DNA of 64,000 bases, from IMG/VR virus record IMGVR_UViG_3300021958_000021, positions 1 to 64,000 of that record; one strand, written 5' to 3'. The position numbers and the translations under genes were made by a program. Positions 27,257-37,292 of the stretch are shown here, piece after piece. The notes beneath the pieces were generated by a model. It saw only the letters and a list, made by a program, of their open reading frames with translations, was not told the origin of the DNA and did not search any database. This DNA comes from an uncultured virus (IMG/VR IMGVR_UViG_3300021958_000021) (lineage: Duplodnaviria; Heunggongvirae; Uroviricota; Caudoviricetes). Position 1 is the stretch's first letter. Each line of letters starts with the position of its first letter.

Positions 27257-27471
27257 AGGCTTTGGGAAATTATGCAGTAATCAAACTAGAAAACTCAGTA
27301 TCTTCTTCAGGTATTCAGGTCAAAATTGATAGCACAGGTATTGTGCATTCATGCCCTTCAATGCCTGAAGTAGAAGGTAAATTGGTTCTATTTGATGATA
27401 GACACCGTTTCGTTTCTCACGAAGATATGATTATTGTTTCGGTTGAACATTTGTTAGGGGTGATTGAATGA
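27253..27471 (+). CDS. groES: GroES-like co-chaperonin
   Basis: MKALGNYAVIK...SSSGI...GIV...GKLVLF...EHLLGVI, directly upstream of GroEL. Confidence 0.75.
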   Translation: MKALGNYAVIKLENSVSSSGIQVKIDSTGIVHSCPSMPEVEGKLVLFDDRHRFVSHEDMIIVSVEHLLGVIE

Positions 27472-28991
27472 TTTTAAATGGGGAAGAAGTAAAACAAAAG
27501 TTGCTACAAGGTATTAACTTGGTTGCTGATACTGTAAAACCTACGCTTGGCCCTCAAGCCAAGACTGTTATTTTGCAGGGTAATCCACCAGTCGTCATTA
27601 ATGACGGAGTAACTATTACAAAGTATGTTTCTCATAATGACCCCTATGTTCAAATGGGTGTGCAATTGGTTCAAAACTTAGCAAGTAAAGCACAAGAAGG
27701 TTCGGGAGACGGAACGACTACTGCTTGTATTCTTGCACAGGCTTTTTGTAACGAATTGATGAAGAATGAAGAACAACTGACTACTCACAACTTTAATCTC
27801 CTAATGGAATCTCTTCGTGAACAGACTATCAATTTCTTGAATAGTATTTCTATTGAAGTTAAGGATGATGATATTATGAATGTCGCTACTATTGCGGCAA
27901 ATAACGACTCGTCATTGGGTGAATTGATTCAAGAAGCATTTAATACGGTTGGTCGTGATGGAGTTATTACTGTTGAGGAATCTAATAATTACCAAACACA
28001 ACTAATTCTTCGTGAAGGTATGGAGATTCAAGAAGGCTATCTTAGCCATCTTATGTGTAATACAGAAAGTGGAAAAGTTGAATTTGATAATCCTGTTGTT
28101 TTCATGTCAAATATGAGCCTTCGCCATTTCAAGGACATTATGCCTTTGCTTGAGTATTCAGCAAGTCAAAGCCGACCACTTTTAATTATGTGCAAAGGTA
28201 TGGATGGTTCAGCACTTAACAATTTGATTATGAATCTAATCAATAAGACTGTTGAATGTGCAGTAGTTATGGCTCCTAACTTCGGAGATGCTCAGATTGA
28301 TGAGTTGTCTGATATTCAGTCTTTGATTGGCGGTAAGGTCTTTGTTGAAGAAAGCAAAGATGATTCTAAACTTTTTACTGAAACTGATTTGGGAACCTGT
28401 TCTAAGGTTATTATTACAAAGGAAACTACGACCTTTGTTGGTGGAGAAGGTAATACAGAAGAACGCATTAAATCACTAAAGCAACAGGCTCAAGAATTAA
28501 AGGGACACGATTTGGCTAGGATTAAAACGAGAGTCTCTCGTCTAAAGGGAGGTATTGCTACTATTAAGGTCGGTGCTTCATCTTCAATTGAAATGCGTGA
28601 AAAGAAAGAAAGACTTGATGATGCACTTAACGCAACAAAAGCCGCTTTAGAAGAAGGTATTGTTGTCGGTGGCGGTGTTCCGTTTATTCGTCTTGCTTAT
28701 GCAATTGAAGCACCCGAATGGTTCAGAAAGTCAGTTGTTAAGCCTTATCGTGTTCTATTGGACAATGCAAACTATACCGAGCAAACAAGAGTCGTTGGGT
28801 TTGAAATTGAAAAGACAATTGATGGGACAAATCCTAATTGGGGATTCAATGCTGTTTCATGTCAGCATGAAGATTTAGCAGAAGCAGGAGTCTTTGACCC
28901 TGTGAAGGTTTCTAAGAATAGTTTCTTAGCGGCATTATCAATTGCTCAGTTGTTTTATTCAACAGATGTAGCAGTATTAGTGGAGGAATAA
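27468..28991 (+). CDS. groEL: Group I chaperonin GroEL-like
   Basis: TLGP, INDGVTI, GDGTTT, GVITVEES, APNFGD, LDDALNATKAALEEGIVVGGG, DPVKV. Confidence 0.95.
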   Translation: MILNGEEVKQKLLQGINLVADTVKPTLGPQAKTVILQGNPPVVINDGVTITKYVSHNDPYVQMGVQLVQNLASKAQEGSGDGTTTACILAQAFCNELMKNEEQLTTHNFNLLMESLREQTINFLNSISIEVKDDDIMNVATIAANNDSSLGELIQEAFNTVGRDGVITVEESNNYQTQLILREGMEIQEGYLSHLMCNTESGKVEFDNPVVFMSNMSLRHFKDIMPLLEYSASQSRPLLIMCKGMDGSALNNLIMNLINKTVECAVVMAPNFGDAQIDELSDIQSLIGGKVFVEESKDDSKLFTETDLGTCSKVIITKETTTFVGGEGNTEERIKSLKQQAQELKGHDLARIKTRVSRLKGGIATIKVGASSSIEMREKKERLDDALNATKAALEEGIVVGGGVPFIRLAYAIEAPEWFRKSVVKPYRVLLDNANYTEQTRVVGFEIEKTIDGTNPNWGFNAVSCQHEDLAEAGVFDPVKVSKNSFLAALSIAQLFYSTDVAVLVEE

Positions 28992-29237
28992 ATATGTTAG
29001 ATGCTTTAAATATTTTATTAGATAACGAAATTGTGAGAATGACTGTTGTTTATGCTGATGGTTCACTAGATATTCTTCTTAGGCAAAAGGACGGGACATT
29101 TAGTGTAGAAAGGAGGAAACCCTGATGGAATGTCCAAATTGTAAAAGAAGTGTTATTCCTCATTTTGGTGGGTATCATCTCCGAAGATACGGTATGTGTC
29201 AAGATTGTTGGGAAATTAAATTTAAAGAGGGTAAAAA

Positions 29238-29633
29238 ATGAAAAAAGCAGTAACTGTGACTTTACCCGCACCTCACAAAGCAAGGGTTAAATGCCCTATT
29301 TGTGTGGGAAATAAATGCAAAGTCTGCGGAATGACTGGAGAATTAGCAATTGAAGTTGCGCCAAAAATCCCTATTCAAAGAGCACATATTATTAAATATG
29401 TTGTTGAAAATATTCATGAAGTAGCGAAAGAAATAACCAAAAAGTATGGTTTAGTTCCAGAAATCAATACTTCTGAAGTATTGGAAGTTAATCAAGGACA
29501 GTATGAAGTGGTTCAAGTTTCTAGTCTAGGTGGTGTTTGTTGGGTCGTTAATCGTTTGGATGATTTAGATACCCCAAGATATTTTACTTCAAAACAGGAA
29601 CTTGACAAGTTTAAACAGGGGTGGATGAATTGA
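29238..29633 (+). CDS. Zn-finger hypothetical protein
   Basis: CPICVGNKCKVCGMTG. Confidence 0.65.
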   Translation: MKKAVTVTLPAPHKARVKCPICVGNKCKVCGMTGELAIEVAPKIPIQRAHIIKYVVENIHEVAKEITKKYGLVPEINTSEVLEVNQGQYEVVQVSSLGGVCWVVNRLDDLDTPRYFTSKQELDKFKQGWMN

Positions 29634-29842
29634 CAGATGATTTAGAAGTAAAAGGAACCATAGTCCGTAATGCTGAACTGGACTGTAAAATAAAGCGTGG
29701 TGTCTATTGGAACATAGATGTCATGGATATTCGTTGGTATCGTAATGACAAGCCAACAAATAAAGGCATTCGTTTGAATGTTGATGAAGCAAAATTGTTA
29801 TTACAAATTTTAAGGAGAGAATTAGATGAAGAGAGTAAGTGA
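29621..29842 (+). CDS. PC4/Sub1-like ssDNA-binding protein
   Basis: VMDIRWY...KPTNKGIRL...E...L matches the PC4 signature. Confidence 0.7.
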   Translation: MDELTDDLEVKGTIVRNAELDCKIKRGVYWNIDVMDIRWYRNDKPTNKGIRLNVDEAKLLLQILRRELDEESK

Positions 29843-30089
29843 TGTTCAATCAAAGAAAAGCCTACGGGCGGCAAATGAAGAAAGACAATATGGACAGGGA
29901 GCAGTTCCTCGTTTTGGGACTTGTTCTGGAAAAATTATTGATTTGTTTGCTATTTATGTTGAAGAAAGTATGACTGTTCCGCCTAAAGGTGGAAGAGGTT
30001 GTCGTGTTCAAAAAGAACATATTGATTTGTGTTTTGGTAAGTTTTATCAGGCTATGAGAGAGTTTATGGATGGTGAAAAGAATGAATAA
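29826..30089 (+). CDS. Small protein, possible histone fold
   Basis: Helix-loop-long helix pattern ending GRGCRVQKEHIDL, similar to the histone-fold RKT(V/I)xxEDI. Confidence 0.4.
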   Translation: MKRVSDVQSKKSLRAANEERQYGQGAVPRFGTCSGKIIDLFAIYVEESMTVPPKGGRGCRVQKEHIDLCFGKFYQAMREFMDGEKNE

Positions 30090-30435
30090 ACTTTACTTGA
30101 TTACAACCAACAATAAGAAGTTTGATTCTTGGTCTAAAGAGATGAAGAAGAAACTAAAAGATGCGGCATTAGACCATTTCAATGCAGGATATAATGATGT
30201 TGTAAATGGGAATTATTTTGCTAGAGCGTCATTTGTTTGTTATTGGGAGATTTATGACAATGATTCCCTTGCACGATTAGCACCCGCTATTACCCAAGCA
30301 TCATTTGTTCATATGTTCCATAGGTTCATGGAAATGGGAATGCACGAAGAAATAAGGGTTGTTGAGCAATTAATGATGAATTTCTTGCGACTCCTTCAAA
30401 GACTAGAAGGAGAGGAAAATAATGAAGAAGAGTGA
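30082..30435 (+). CDS. Hypothetical protein
   Basis: Coupled ORF (start MNKLY). Confidence 0.6.
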   Translation: MNKLYLITTNNKKFDSWSKEMKKKLKDAALDHFNAGYNDVVNGNYFARASFVCYWEIYDNDSLARLAPAITQASFVHMFHRFMEMGMHEEIRVVEQLMMNFLRLLQRLEGEENNEEE

Positions 30436-30551
30436 TTGGATTTACTTGGCGAAAGCCATGTGGTCTTATTCAGAAAAAAATGAAGGTAAAGTCAGTAGCC
30501 TTCTAAAACAACTGATTAGAGAAATAAATAATAATAAGGAGATGATTGAAA

Positions 30552-32093
30552 ATGACATGGGAAAATATGAGCAGAATGCTACAAGCGACAGACCAATTGA
30601 CACCGACTCAACAGATAAGTCGGATTTCACGGGACTTGGAAAAATTCACGACGGAGAAGAGTAGTCCTTCTTTAGTTTTGCAGATTCTTGATAAAGATAA
30701 ACTAGAAGCAAATAGTCTCGGTTTAGCAAAGGCAAAGAAATGGATGGCTAAAATCTTTGATGTTTTTGATGATGAAATTGATGGATTAATGTATGCCCAT
30801 GATGATTTGGGCGAAGCAATTTATCACCTTGACCCATCAGCAGAAAAACAACGAAACTTTTCTGTTCAGTATGTTCATCGTATTTTGAATATGAACTGCG
30901 GAAAGATTGATTCTAACGAGTTTTCTATTCTTGAGGAATCAATTTTGGCTATGTCTGCAAACGCACGACGCTGGTTCATTCGCTATATGCTAAGAACACC
31001 ACGAAACGGAATCAATGAAGGAACAGTTGCGAAGATTATCGTCAAGCACTACAATAAGAAGCAAGCAGATGTAAAGAAACATTTGAACTTCAATTCTGTT
31101 GAAGTAGTTGTTTCTCATTATGTTGCTGGTTCTAATCCTCCATGTAATCTAACATATGGAAAATTCATTAAACCAATGCTTGCTAAAGAAGTTCCGATGA
31201 ATAAATGGCCGACTAACTTTGTTGTTGATTACAAATATGATGGGAACCGCTATCAGATTCACATTGATGGTGATAAGACGATGATTTTTAACCGTAAAGG
31301 TAAGATTGTGACTAATCAATTCCCTGATGTTGTTGAATTGGTTCAAGCATATGATGTTCAAAATGCAATTCTTGATGGTGAAATCTATCCTATCTTAGAA
31401 AATGGCGCACCTGCACCTCATAAGCAAATGGGAACAAGAGTTCATTCAAAGAATATTCAAGAGGCTATGGAAAGGGTCAAGGTTGAATGGGTCATTTTTG
31501 ATTGTCTCATGTTGAACAACGAAACAGTCATGGATTTGTCATACACAGAACGCTTAGAGAAGATGAAAGACTTGCCGAATCAAGCACACCGAATCACCGA
31601 AGGAGACATTATGGCTTTTTACCATGAAGCAATCAACGAAGGGTTTGAAGGAATCATCGTTAAAGATGCAAGCCAACCATACCAATCAGGAAAACGCTCC
31701 GTTTCTTGGGCTAAATACAAACCTCCGCAGATTAATCTTGATGTTGTTGTCCTCTCCGCAAAATACGGGGAAGGAAAGAGGTCAAGTGTTTTCGGCACTT
31801 ACGAATTAGGAGTGAAGGCTGATAATGGTTTTCATAGCGTTGGCTGGTGCGGGACGGGCTTCTCGGATAGCGATTTAATCAACCTCACCAATACGCTACG
31901 GCGTAATGTTGAATCCTTTGACAACGGGCAATTCTTTGTTTCACCTGTTGTCATTTTAGAAGTAAAGGCTGATTTGGTTAGCCGTGATGAAAAGGGGAAC
32001 ATTGGACTCAGGTTCCCTCGTTGTGTTCGTATTCGTGATGATAAGTTCGTTGCAGATATTAATACTTTAAATGATGTGGAGAGATTAGAATGA
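30552..32093 (+). CDS. lig: ATP-dependent DNA ligase
   Basis: KPMLA, YKYDGNR, ILDGE, FDCL, EGIIVK, WAKYK, LRFPR...RDDK. Confidence 0.95.
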   Translation: MTWENMSRMLQATDQLTPTQQISRISRDLEKFTTEKSSPSLVLQILDKDKLEANSLGLAKAKKWMAKIFDVFDDEIDGLMYAHDDLGEAIYHLDPSAEKQRNFSVQYVHRILNMNCGKIDSNEFSILEESILAMSANARRWFIRYMLRTPRNGINEGTVAKIIVKHYNKKQADVKKHLNFNSVEVVVSHYVAGSNPPCNLTYGKFIKPMLAKEVPMNKWPTNFVVDYKYDGNRYQIHIDGDKTMIFNRKGKIVTNQFPDVVELVQAYDVQNAILDGEIYPILENGAPAPHKQMGTRVHSKNIQEAMERVKVEWVIFDCLMLNNETVMDLSYTERLEKMKDLPNQAHRITEGDIMAFYHEAINEGFEGIIVKDASQPYQSGKRSVSWAKYKPPQINLDVVVLSAKYGEGKRSSVFGTYELGVKADNGFHSVGWCGTGFSDSDLINLTNTLRRNVESFDNGQFFVSPVVILEVKADLVSRDEKGNIGLRFPRCVRIRDDKFVADINTLNDVERLE

Positions 32094-32464
32094 AAGAAGA
32101 ACAAGCAATTTGGAATACAAAATATTATCCTGATATTATGGGACGATGCCGTAAGATTTCTGAAATGAGTCTTAAACAATGCAATACAGCAATTGGGACT
32201 TCCTTTGCTAGAATGAAAACAATTAAGGTTCAACTTGATGGTTTATATCAACGGCGTTTTGTTCTCATGCAAGAGATGGGCGAAACAGATTATATGCGTA
32301 AAAACACTAAAGAAAAAATTGTGCAGAATCTTGCCCTTAAAGAACAAGTGCAACCCAATGAAAGAATGCAACAGATTTTACTTACGGCTCTCAATTTTAT
32401 TGAACAAGGCCAAAGTATTGATTTAGTAAAAGCAATTCTTGAACAAGCGAGGGATGAATTATGA
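32090..32464 (+). CDS. Hypothetical protein
   Basis: 124-aa coupled ORF. Confidence 0.6.
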   Translation: MKEEQAIWNTKYYPDIMGRCRKISEMSLKQCNTAIGTSFARMKTIKVQLDGLYQRRFVLMQEMGETDYMRKNTKEKIVQNLALKEQVQPNERMQQILLTALNFIEQGQSIDLVKAILEQARDEL

Positions 32465-32904
32465 TTCAGCAAGGAGAAATGACAATTATTGATACAGTAA
32501 CATATAGGTGTTTAAAAGTTGATGAAGATGGTTATGCTCATCTTAAGAATATCCTCCATGAGCAAGGGAGGCCAAAATTAGTTTTGCAGAAATATTGCCC
32601 TTATATCAAGGATAATCAAATCGTTATTCCTGAGAAGCCTGAGTATCAAAAACCTAAAGCCACCACTAAAATCAATGTCACTAAGTTGATTAAAGAAACG
32701 ACAGACCTTCAAGTTTCAAATGAAGCAAAGTATTTCATTACACAATGGGTGGAAACTGCGATTTCTAATCTTGTAAGCAACGCAGAAGAAAACGCTATTA
32801 ACAGGGGCGACTCTCGCTTAACTGCGGCGCACTTCTTTTGGCTTGAAACAAATACAGCACCAAACGGCTACTGGCCTTCAAACACAGAATACATTCAGGA
32901 TTGA
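32461..32904 (+). CDS. Protein with C-terminal archaeal histone-like fold
   Basis: INVTKLIKETTDLQVSNEAKYFITQWVETAISNLVSNAEENAINRGDSRLTAAHF follows the HMf-type pattern (RVS..A...L.......A...A..AGRKT). Confidence 0.65.
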   Translation: MIQQGEMTIIDTVTYRCLKVDEDGYAHLKNILHEQGRPKLVLQKYCPYIKDNQIVIPEKPEYQKPKATTKINVTKLIKETTDLQVSNEAKYFITQWVETAISNLVSNAEENAINRGDSRLTAAHFFWLETNTAPNGYWPSNTEYIQD

Positions 32905-32908
32905 TAGT

Positions 32909-33265
32909 ATGATTACTGATACCCAAATCCAAAGTTGGATAGAAAAATTTGGGACAGTAACGAGTTTTACTTTTGTTGTTTATGGTGATATGAAAGAAGA
33001 AGAATTAGCCACTATTATCAAAGGTTTAGTTTTTCACTTAAACTGTAAAAATTTTCAACTTGAAACGGCTGTATTTTCAGAACACATTAACGAAGAAAAA
33101 GCAGTTGCTTGGAATACATATCAAGGAACCTCAATTTCTTTTGTTTTTGCAGGAGATGTATTAGACATTGAGAATGAGGTTATTGAAGTCGTTCAAGATG
33201 GTTTAAAGTATCTTAGATACAAAAACGACTACATGGGTAATGATAGGAGTTGTTCTTATGTATAG
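32909..33265 (+). CDS. Hypothetical protein
   Basis: Start MITDTQ; coupled ORF. Confidence 0.6.
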   Translation: MITDTQIQSWIEKFGTVTSFTFVVYGDMKEEELATIIKGLVFHLNCKNFQLETAVFSEHINEEKAVAWNTYQGTSISFVFAGDVLDIENEVIEVVQDGLKYLRYKNDYMGNDRSCSYV

Positions 33266-33653
33266 TAAAGATATGCTTATAGGTATTTTGCTATCTTCGG
33301 GCAAACTAGATTTTAATATTGAAAGAGTAAAAGACTCTCAAATAGGCTATCGTATTCGGGTGAAAATTATCCTTCGTGCTGAAGAACCATTTCTTAGAGC
33401 AGTAGAAAGAACACTACTTCAACATGAAATTATATCTTCTTACAAAGAAAAAGAATCAAAGACAAGACCTAAACCAGTCTTAAAAATTGGCGGCATTAAA
33501 AATCTGTATAAACTGACACAATTAGTTCCAGTATTGCCCGACGCAAAGGATGAATGGGGAATATTTAGAGAATTAGTTAGTTTAATATCCGAAAATAAAC
33601 ATAGAACATCAAGTGGACTTGATAGAATTTTTGAATTAAAAGGGGTCATTTAA
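33258..33653 (+). CDS. Single-domain LAGLIDADG-fold protein, probably catalytically degenerate
   Basis: LIGILLSSG in place of LAGLIDADG; GYRIR and KHRTSSGLDRIFELK resemble single-motif LAGLIDADG homing endonucleases. Confidence 0.55.
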   Translation: MYSKDMLIGILLSSGKLDFNIERVKDSQIGYRIRVKIILRAEEPFLRAVERTLLQHEIISSYKEKESKTRPKPVLKIGGIKNLYKLTQLVPVLPDAKDEWGIFRELVSLISENKHRTSSGLDRIFELKGVI

Positions 33654-34498
33654 TGGGATTGACAAATAAAAATAATAATAATAGAACAATTTTACTAACG
33701 GGCAAAACTGGAACGGGAAAATCAACAAAGGCACTTACATTTGTAAATGACCCAATCGTTCTTTATGCAAACGATATTGATTTTGACATAGGTTCATTTC
33801 CTGTGGAGAACGGTATTGTTATTGAAGATGTGCATTACAAGGCAGATAAGTCTGCAATTCTGCACATCATACGAAATTATCAAGGTCAAGTAGTATTGAC
33901 TTCTATTAATCAAAAATCTGTCCCTAAAGAAATTAAGGATATGTGTAAAATCAAAAGAGCAGGTTCTCATAATTTTCTTGAGGAAGAAATAAAAACAATT
34001 GCACCGAATAGTGATTCTCCTTTCTCTTTAGAAAGAGATACCTATTCAATTGTAAATGGTTTTCTAAAAGAAAGAGATAGGGATTTAGTTGCCGAGGTAT
34101 TGTTATTTAACAAACCATCAGATACGCAGATTTTATCATGGTTGTCTGAAAATATGCACCCTAACAGATTAATTTTTGTTGATGGAAGAGTTAAGAGAAG
34201 ATGGAGTCAAAGATATTTTTATGCGATGCTCGCATATTCTCATACGGGTGGTTTCGTCGGACAGTTAAATATGCCGAAGAGAAAAGCATACTCACAAATA
34301 CCTAAACTAGCAAAAAGACTTGGTGTTAAGAACCAAAGGCTTCTTCCTGCTTTATTAAAAGATGAAGCATTTAAGGAACACGCCAAAAAGAAACTTAATA
34401 ATGCTGAATGCAGACTACTTAAAATTGGTGAAAAAAGGCGTAGAAAGAAAACTACTCCAATTGAAATTCATCAATCTTCATTGGAGGAATACATTTGA
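33653..34498 (+). CDS. Replication factor C large-subunit-like AAA+ protein
   Basis: LLTGKTGTGKS, IEDV; near the RFC small subunit gene. Confidence 0.6.
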   Translation: MGLTNKNNNNRTILLTGKTGTGKSTKALTFVNDPIVLYANDIDFDIGSFPVENGIVIEDVHYKADKSAILHIIRNYQGQVVLTSINQKSVPKEIKDMCKIKRAGSHNFLEEEIKTIAPNSDSPFSLERDTYSIVNGFLKERDRDLVAEVLLFNKPSDTQILSWLSENMHPNRLIFVDGRVKRRWSQRYFYAMLAYSHTGGFVGQLNMPKRKAYSQIPKLAKRLGVKNQRLLPALLKDEAFKEHAKKKLNNAECRLLKIGEKRRRKKTTPIEIHQSSLEEYI

Positions 34499-34737
34499 AA
34501 AATCAATATAAAAAATTAATTCATAGAGTATTAAAAGATAGAGAACCTATGACATCAAGACAGATTTTTGATGCTATTATTGACTTACCTGCGATGGAAG
34601 ATGGAAAGCCAAAAAGAAGGGCAACCATTCCAGAATACAATGTATTAGTTGGAATGTTATCTAATCCCAAATATGGGTGTGTAAGAGCAAACGGTAAGTA
34701 TGTTTATCCTGCTCTTTGGAAATTAAAGGAGGAATAA
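34495..34737 (+). CDS. Small winged-helix-like protein
   Basis: PMTSRQIFDAI...LVGML pattern. Confidence 0.45.
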   Translation: MKNQYKKLIHRVLKDREPMTSRQIFDAIIDLPAMEDGKPKRRATIPEYNVLVGMLSNPKYGCVRANGKYVYPALWKLKEE

Positions 34738-34739
34738 TA

Positions 34740-35648
34740 ATGCTATGGACAGAAAAATATAGACCAAAAAAATTAAATGAAGTAATTGGACAAGAACACT
34801 TTGTATCTGATGCAAGGGGTTGGATAGAAGAAAATAATATGCCTAATATTCTATTATACGGAAATCCTGGAAATGGTAAAACAGGAGCAGGATTAGTGAT
34901 TGGAAGAGAAATCTTAGGTGAATCATTTCAAGATAATTTCATTGAAGTAAATGCGTCAGATGATAGGCGATTAGAAAATGTGCGAACTACAATTAAAAAT
35001 ATCGCACAAAGCGGCACAATCGGTGATGCACCATTTAGAATCGTATTATTAGACGAAATGGATGGTATGACCACCGATGCTCAAAATGCACTAAAGCGTA
35101 TCATGGAACGATATGCAAGCAATATTCGTTTTATTATTACCTGCAACGACAGAAATAAGATTATCTTTGCATTACAAAGTCGGTGTGCAAATTATCATTT
35201 TAAGCCACTCTCTAATGAGGCTGTCCTTGAAGTATTAACTTCAATCCTCAAGGCTGAAGAAATAAACCGATTCTCCCAAGATGAATTGGACTCCTTTATA
35301 TATGCGATGAATGGTGATATGCGGAGGGCGATTACGGAACTCCAAGCGGCAAAGGCCAGCAATTCCACCCTCAAATCGCAAATTGATGCAGGATTAAACG
35401 AATACAAAAAATTGTTAATGAAAATTGTAAATAAAAATACTTTAGCATTAAGCAGTATGCACGACTTTTTACACAACGGATTCACTATCCGTGAAGTCTG
35501 TATTGGCTTACATGATGCAGTAATTGATTCTGAATTAGAGAGTAATTTGAAATTCAAAATCCTTAGAACTATTGGAGAAAGCGAATGGCGTTCAACCACT
35601 ATGACTCCAAAAGTGTTAGCCTCTTGGTTAATTAGCCAACTATCATAG
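34740..35648 (+). CDS. rfcS: Replication factor C small subunit (clamp loader)
   Basis: WTEKYRP, GNPGNGKT, NASDDR, LDEMD, AQNALKRIME, LQSRC, GDMRRAI. Confidence 0.95.
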   Translation: MLWTEKYRPKKLNEVIGQEHFVSDARGWIEENNMPNILLYGNPGNGKTGAGLVIGREILGESFQDNFIEVNASDDRRLENVRTTIKNIAQSGTIGDAPFRIVLLDEMDGMTTDAQNALKRIMERYASNIRFIITCNDRNKIIFALQSRCANYHFKPLSNEAVLEVLTSILKAEEINRFSQDELDSFIYAMNGDMRRAITELQAAKASNSTLKSQIDAGLNEYKKLLMKIVNKNTLALSSMHDFLHNGFTIREVCIGLHDAVIDSELESNLKFKILRTIGESEWRSTTMTPKVLASWLISQLS

Positions 35649-35695
35649 AATTGAACAAAAAAACAAAAATAAAAACAAAAATGGAAGTGAAAAAC

Positions 35696-36913
35696 ATGGA
35701 CGAAAACATGAAAGCAGAAATTGAAAAAAGCGCACAATACATTGGTATGAGCGTTGAAGAAGCGACGAGCAAGTTTGAAGAGATTTGTTCCGAAAACAAC
35801 ATTGAAACCACTAACCCCATTTCAAGGGGTCTTTGGCGTAACTATGTTGCGAATGTGCGAAGAACACAAGATAGCGGAGATTCATCCTCAAGTAATGATT
35901 CTTACTACAAAGCAGCATTTGGTTTCTTTGTTTCCCTTGATGCCCCTAGAGACATGATGGCTTGGAATCGCATGAAGGCAAAAGAAGAGTTTGTGCGTGA
36001 TGCTGATAATGCCCTTGAACAAGGTATTGTTGCTATTGCATCACAAAATGCACTTGGAAAGTGGGTTGTTTCCCGCTATCACAACGGAGAATACGGTGAA
36101 AAGACTGTTTCAACGCTTCCTTCTGGTGCAGAAGAAGCAGAAGATGGTCGTTTCTTTATTCCTTTGGATAATACCGCAACTTACATGAATGGTGGTAAAA
36201 ACAACAATTACGGGAAACCTCTTCCCGCAGAACAAATGCGAAGAAGTGGTGTTTTCTTCGGCTCTATTGGACAAGGAGAAATGAAGCCTTACTATTTCTC
36301 TTACAAAAATGATGCAGGTGTTCAATTTGCCCCAAACACTTTTGAATGGGTGCATTTCCTTTGTATCGCTAACGACAACGGGACTGATATTTATGGGGCT
36401 AAGGATTTGACTTTGAAGAGTCTTTCTCTTAACTCGGAAATGAATCCCGAAAACGAACTTTATCGTGATATGTCGTCTTTTGACTTTGAGGATTGTTTGC
36501 GTGAGAACTTCTCTTCTCATCTTGTTCCTCTTGTTGATATGGATAGAGCGCATATTGAGCGTCAAGCCCTTCCTTCTAAAGAGCGTTATGTGATTACTGA
36601 CGGAACTGTTTGTAATATGAACATGACTCCTACAAAGAACGGAAACAGAATCATTAACCTAACTGACTTAAATGCAGAAATGGACTATGATTCTGAATCA
36701 ACGGGTATTACTACCTGTTGGATTCCCGAACATTTGACTCTTGATTTCGGTATTGGTTCTTCCATTATCGTTATTGGGCGAACTAGTCAAAGAACGACTG
36801 ATGAAGGAGTTGAGCCAGTTACTATCAATGTTGCTGGTCTTTACTGCGTTATTCGTCATGGTTCGGCAGTTGAAGTTTCAGTTCCAGTTGAAGAGGATTT
36901 TGACTGGTTTTGA
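35696..36913 (+). CDS. RPA/SSB-like OB-fold ssDNA-binding protein
   Basis: Beta-rich C-terminal OB-like region, acidic-aromatic tail EEDFDWF, position within the replication module. Confidence 0.6.
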   Translation: MDENMKAEIEKSAQYIGMSVEEATSKFEEICSENNIETTNPISRGLWRNYVANVRRTQDSGDSSSSNDSYYKAAFGFFVSLDAPRDMMAWNRMKAKEEFVRDADNALEQGIVAIASQNALGKWVVSRYHNGEYGEKTVSTLPSGAEEAEDGRFFIPLDNTATYMNGGKNNNYGKPLPAEQMRRSGVFFGSIGQGEMKPYYFSYKNDAGVQFAPNTFEWVHFLCIANDNGTDIYGAKDLTLKSLSLNSEMNPENELYRDMSSFDFEDCLRENFSSHLVPLVDMDRAHIERQALPSKERYVITDGTVCNMNMTPTKNGNRIINLTDLNAEMDYDSESTGITTCWIPEHLTLDFGIGSSIIVIGRTSQRTTDEGVEPVTINVAGLYCVIRHGSAVEVSVPVEEDFDWF

Positions 36914-36995
36914 TTAAAACCACCTTTTGTGTAGTCGTTGGCGTTAATGACGGCCATAGAGGTGCGAAGCCTCTAGTTTTTAAAAAGGTGAAAAT

Positions 36996-37292
36996 ATGCA
37001 AAAGATTACAATTAATGATTATAAATCAGCGTTTATCTCTAATGATTTTGTAGTTAAGTCTGGAAGTTGGATTATAGATTTAAAAAATGTTGAATTTATG
37101 ACTTACAGATTAAACGACAAAGATGAAACTTCATATTTAGTGGCGTTTCATATTGGTGATAAAGAAACAAAAATTATGGTGACTGATATTCATGCGGTTA
37201 GAGAACTGTTTAAAAGTTGGACAAACGCTAAAGGAATTGAATTAGAATTTGAATACGAAGATATTAAAGGAGAAGTGAGAGAATGGGATTAA
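36996..37292 (+). CDS. Hypothetical protein
   Basis: 98 aa with AGGTGA RBS. Confidence 0.6.
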   Translation: MQKITINDYKSAFISNDFVVKSGSWIIDLKNVEFMTYRLNDKDETSYLVAFHIGDKETKIMVTDIHAVRELFKSWTNAKGIELEFEYEDIKGEVREWD

